DNA of 64,000 nt. Source: Eledone cirrhosa (Eukaryota). The stretch lies in assembly GCA_964016885.1 (NCBI GenBank), contig OZ024751.1:15004001-15068000 (forward strand), in the 5' to 3' direction. The notes beneath the pieces are model-generated. The model saw only the letters and a list, made by a program, of their open reading frames with translations, was not told the DNA's origin and did not search any database. The translations under genes and the position numbers were made by a program. Positions 60,839 through 64,000 of the stretch are shown here, piece by piece (position 1 is the stretch's first letter; every line of letters begins with the position of its first letter).

Positions 60839-61564
60839 GTATGTAAATTTTTTTGTTTCTTTAGTTTTCACTAACAAAGTGAGACAGTAGTATTTGTGAA
60901 ATGGGGCAGTTGTGGTGGGGTAACAAATACATGAGACTACACTCAAGACTAAATCAAGTGTAAGAAGTGGTAGCTACATAGTAACAACCAATACTACTGT
61001 ATCAGACTTGATTTCTAACCTTGCTTTAACAGAACATAGATATCTAATGCCTAAAGTAGACATGGCGGAGGAAATTATTGCCAGTGGCTTGGTGAGGGAA
61101 GATGTGGACGATACAGCAAAATGGAGAAGCATGTTATGGTATCTGCATGGGTTAGACGAGTCCTCCCCAATATCAGTTGTATTGTTTCTGCTTCAGTACA
61201 GTCACAACCATAGAGACTGTTGGTATGTGGATTAAATAAGTGAGTAATGTTAATTGTGCTAAGATGTGTTCAAGGAGGATGACATGAGAAATATGGATTC
61301 TGTATATAATATACCATGAGTCATATGAATTCAATATATAATACACCATGAGACATATGGATTCTCTGTAACATACTATAGAACATGGATTTAATATAAC
61401 ATACCATGGGACATACAGGTACAATATAATACACTGTAGAACATGAACTGAATACACACTAAAACATGGATTCTCTGTAGTACACTCTAGAATATGTGGA
61501 TTTCCTGTAATAAACCATGGGATATGGATTTAATATAACATATCATAGGACATATTCATTCATC

Positions 61565-62112
61565 ATTCATTCAAACCCCTTGCTCTCTGTGAAGCATAGG
61601 CCATTGATGACCCTCCACCATCGTACATGATGTTGAGTTCTCTCCACTCCAGTTGGCTTCCAGTTTTCTTTATTCAGCCTCAGTGTTATGAGGCTGGTTT
61701 CTCTTCTTCATGTCCTGCATGTTCCAGGCCAGGGCTTGGCGTGTGATGCTTGATGATGGTTTCCTGGGTGTATGTCTAATCTAACTCCACTTTCTCCACA
61801 GAATCTGCTTTGCCACTGGTTCCTGTCCCACTCACTTCTCTGACCATTTGATGTTGTAGATGAACTTCAGATAGGTGTTGAAGAATGTCTGGTTCTTCCG
61901 CTGCATCTGCTTTGTTGTCCTAGTTTCACTTCCATACAGCAGTACCGTCTTCACGGAGTTGAATATGCGAAGTTTAGTTCTTGGGCAGATGTCTTTTGAT
62001 GCCCAGACATTCTTCAGCAAGATGAAAGCTGCTTTTGCCTTGTCAATCTTGGCTGTGACATCTAGGTCGGTTCCCCCATGTCGATCAACCACACTTCCCA
62101 GGTAGACAAATA
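61565..62112 (-). mobile_element. RTE LINE 3' fragment in NDUFA13 intron 3
   Basis: FVYLGSVV..KAKAAF..TKLRIFNS.VKTVLLYGSET. Confidence 0.9.
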
Positions 62113-62842
62113 ACATATTACCTGTAGTACATCATAGAACTTAGGAATTCTCTTAAGAATGAAGTTTGATCATTTGTATTTGAGAATATACAGATGAAAT
62201 CTTACAATTGTAGCTGTTGAATGTGATTTTATTGCTGAATTTAAAACAAACAACTTTGTGTCATAAAACCAGGATTGGTTTGGTATCAAGAGAGTTATTT
62301 AATCACATTGCCAAATGTTTACAGCTTATGCAAATTAGATTCTACATCCTACTTAACATAGCTTTACTGTAGTAAGATTTCTCTTCAGACAGAATCATAG
62401 TAATTTTCTGATGAGAAGACAATAATCTCAAAAATGCATACACATAATCACTTATTTTTCTGGGCATAGAGAAATAATTGCAACAAATGCTTTTAATTAA
62501 AAAACCCTAAGGCAGTGAATTGAGAACATTGTTTTGGCTCTCTGCTCTGAGGTCAACTTTGCCTTTCATCAATTCAAGGTCATTCAAGAGAGTACCTGTC
62601 AATTCTTCCTATATATCTCTAGAAGAAATAGGTTCCACCAGGTTTAAAATGCCCAAGAAATGCCATATGTCAGTACGGTGCCCCTATGACTCCCTCAGGA
62701 GTTACGGAACCATGCAAGCATATCTCTCTTACATCTTTTAATATTTTCATTTTTTTTTTTAAAATAACTTAATGTAAATTATTTTCAGTAATGAGTAATT
62801 AATAAATGCGGTAATTGATTTCTGTTCTACTTTTCGTGACAG

Positions 62843-63047
62843 GTATCTAAGAAGACTGAGAGAGAACCGTGAGGAAGAGATGGAACTCATGAAGGATGTC
62901 CCAAACTGGAAGGTTGGCACCTTGTATGGTGAACCTATTTATCACAACCTCCGCGATAGATACATGGAGCATTCCTTAAAAGAATATATGGCTCATATCT
63001 CACCGTATAATATGTATGACATAATGTTTGACAGGAGGAAACATTAG
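62843..63047 (+). CDS. NDUFA13: NDUFA13 exon 4 (total CDS 456 nt, 151 aa)
   Basis: GACAG| YLRRLRENREEEMELMKDVPNWKVGTLYGEPIYH...*; AATAAA at 63081. Confidence 0.94.
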
Positions 63048-63194
63048 TAGAGTTGGCAGCTTTGTTCTCTAAATAATTTAAATAAAACAAATAAATATAA
63101 ACATTATCTACTCTGTGTATTGATTTCTGTCAGTTACTTTTTATAAAACACACATACATACTTACATTGAGAGAAATACTGAACATTAAACGAA

Positions 63195-64000
63195 TCAGAT
63201 GTTGCGTGCTGGTACAGACATGTAATACATATGGATGATGATTGTTGAGTGTAGAAGTCCCAGGGGTTCCAAGTATATGGTAGTGAGGAATAGGAAAATC
63301 AAGAAAGACGTGCCGAAGTGATGAAAGCTAATCCCAAGAAATTTACCCCTCACAAAGGAAAGAGACGAGCTTAGGGAAATAAACTTAAAAACTATGTTGA
63401 TAGTCAAACTGAACATCAATCATGTCAATCTTACCAGTCTCGTTATGTCGGCCTTCAAATGCCACAAGGACTTTTCTCTATAGATAAGATATAAAAATTG
63501 ACAAATGCATTTTTGTACTTATTAATATTTTACATCCATTTTTCCTGAGTGACAAAATCAGCAGTGGAGGAGGGTGCTCTGTAAGTGTAGTAGCCAGGTT
63601 AAAATGGGATGGAAAAAGTTCAGAGAGCTAATACCGCGTTTGGCCACAAGGGGTTTTTCTCTAAAAGTGAAAGGCAGATTGTATGATGCTTGTATTCGAA
63701 CGGCGATATTACATGGTAGTGAGACCTGGGTAGATTAGAAAGAAATGAAGCTTGCATGCTCCAATGGATGTGTGCGAACAGCAAAGCATAAACGAATTGA
63801 GAGAGAGACTAAGCATAAGAAGTATCAAATGTGTTCTGGAGAAGAGATTGCGTTGGTATGGTCATGTGATGCATATGAAAGACAACAGCTGTATAAAAAA
63901 GTGCAGAGCAATCAAAATTGATGGAAGCTACAGAGTGGGTATACCAAGAAAAAATTGGGACGAGATGATAAAAACTGACCTTGCTCACTTACACCGCTAT
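63195..64000 (+). mobile_element. Two RTE-type LINE 3' fragments (63195-63470 and 63555-64000)
   Basis: SLKVKGRLYDAC..LHGSETW; RLRWYGHVMHM. Confidence 0.85.

Overview
AT-rich, repeat-dense animal genomic DNA with one 200-N gap. The repeat content suggests a cephalopod, probably an octopus (inference). Three host genes are supported: an intronless ZIP/SLC39 metal transporter with a very long Cys/His loop (7748-9364), a divergent macrodomain gene with four visible phase-1 exons including a 24-nt microexon (44962-54728), and a complete 4-exon NDUFA13/GRIM-19 (57292-63047). Kilobase (TA)n arrays generate most of the long ORFs in the track; these are artefacts. The rest is mobile DNA: Penelope-like elements (PLE; RT plus GIY-YIG), two tRNA-SINE families, RTE, Tx1/L1 and CRE LINE pieces, mariner, hAT-Charlie, MITEs and non-autonomous Helitrons. 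The main hidden signal is non-coding. About ten sequence-unrelated type I hammerhead ribozyme motifs sit at element 3' ends in (TA)n arrays, many inside short fold-back inverted duplications. Several carry 60-90-nt stem II extensions or a CCGANGA core. One similar fold-back carries a full tRNA cloverleaf instead, and a 699-bp partial tandem unit looks like a retrozyme. All folds were read by eye; none were computed or tested.
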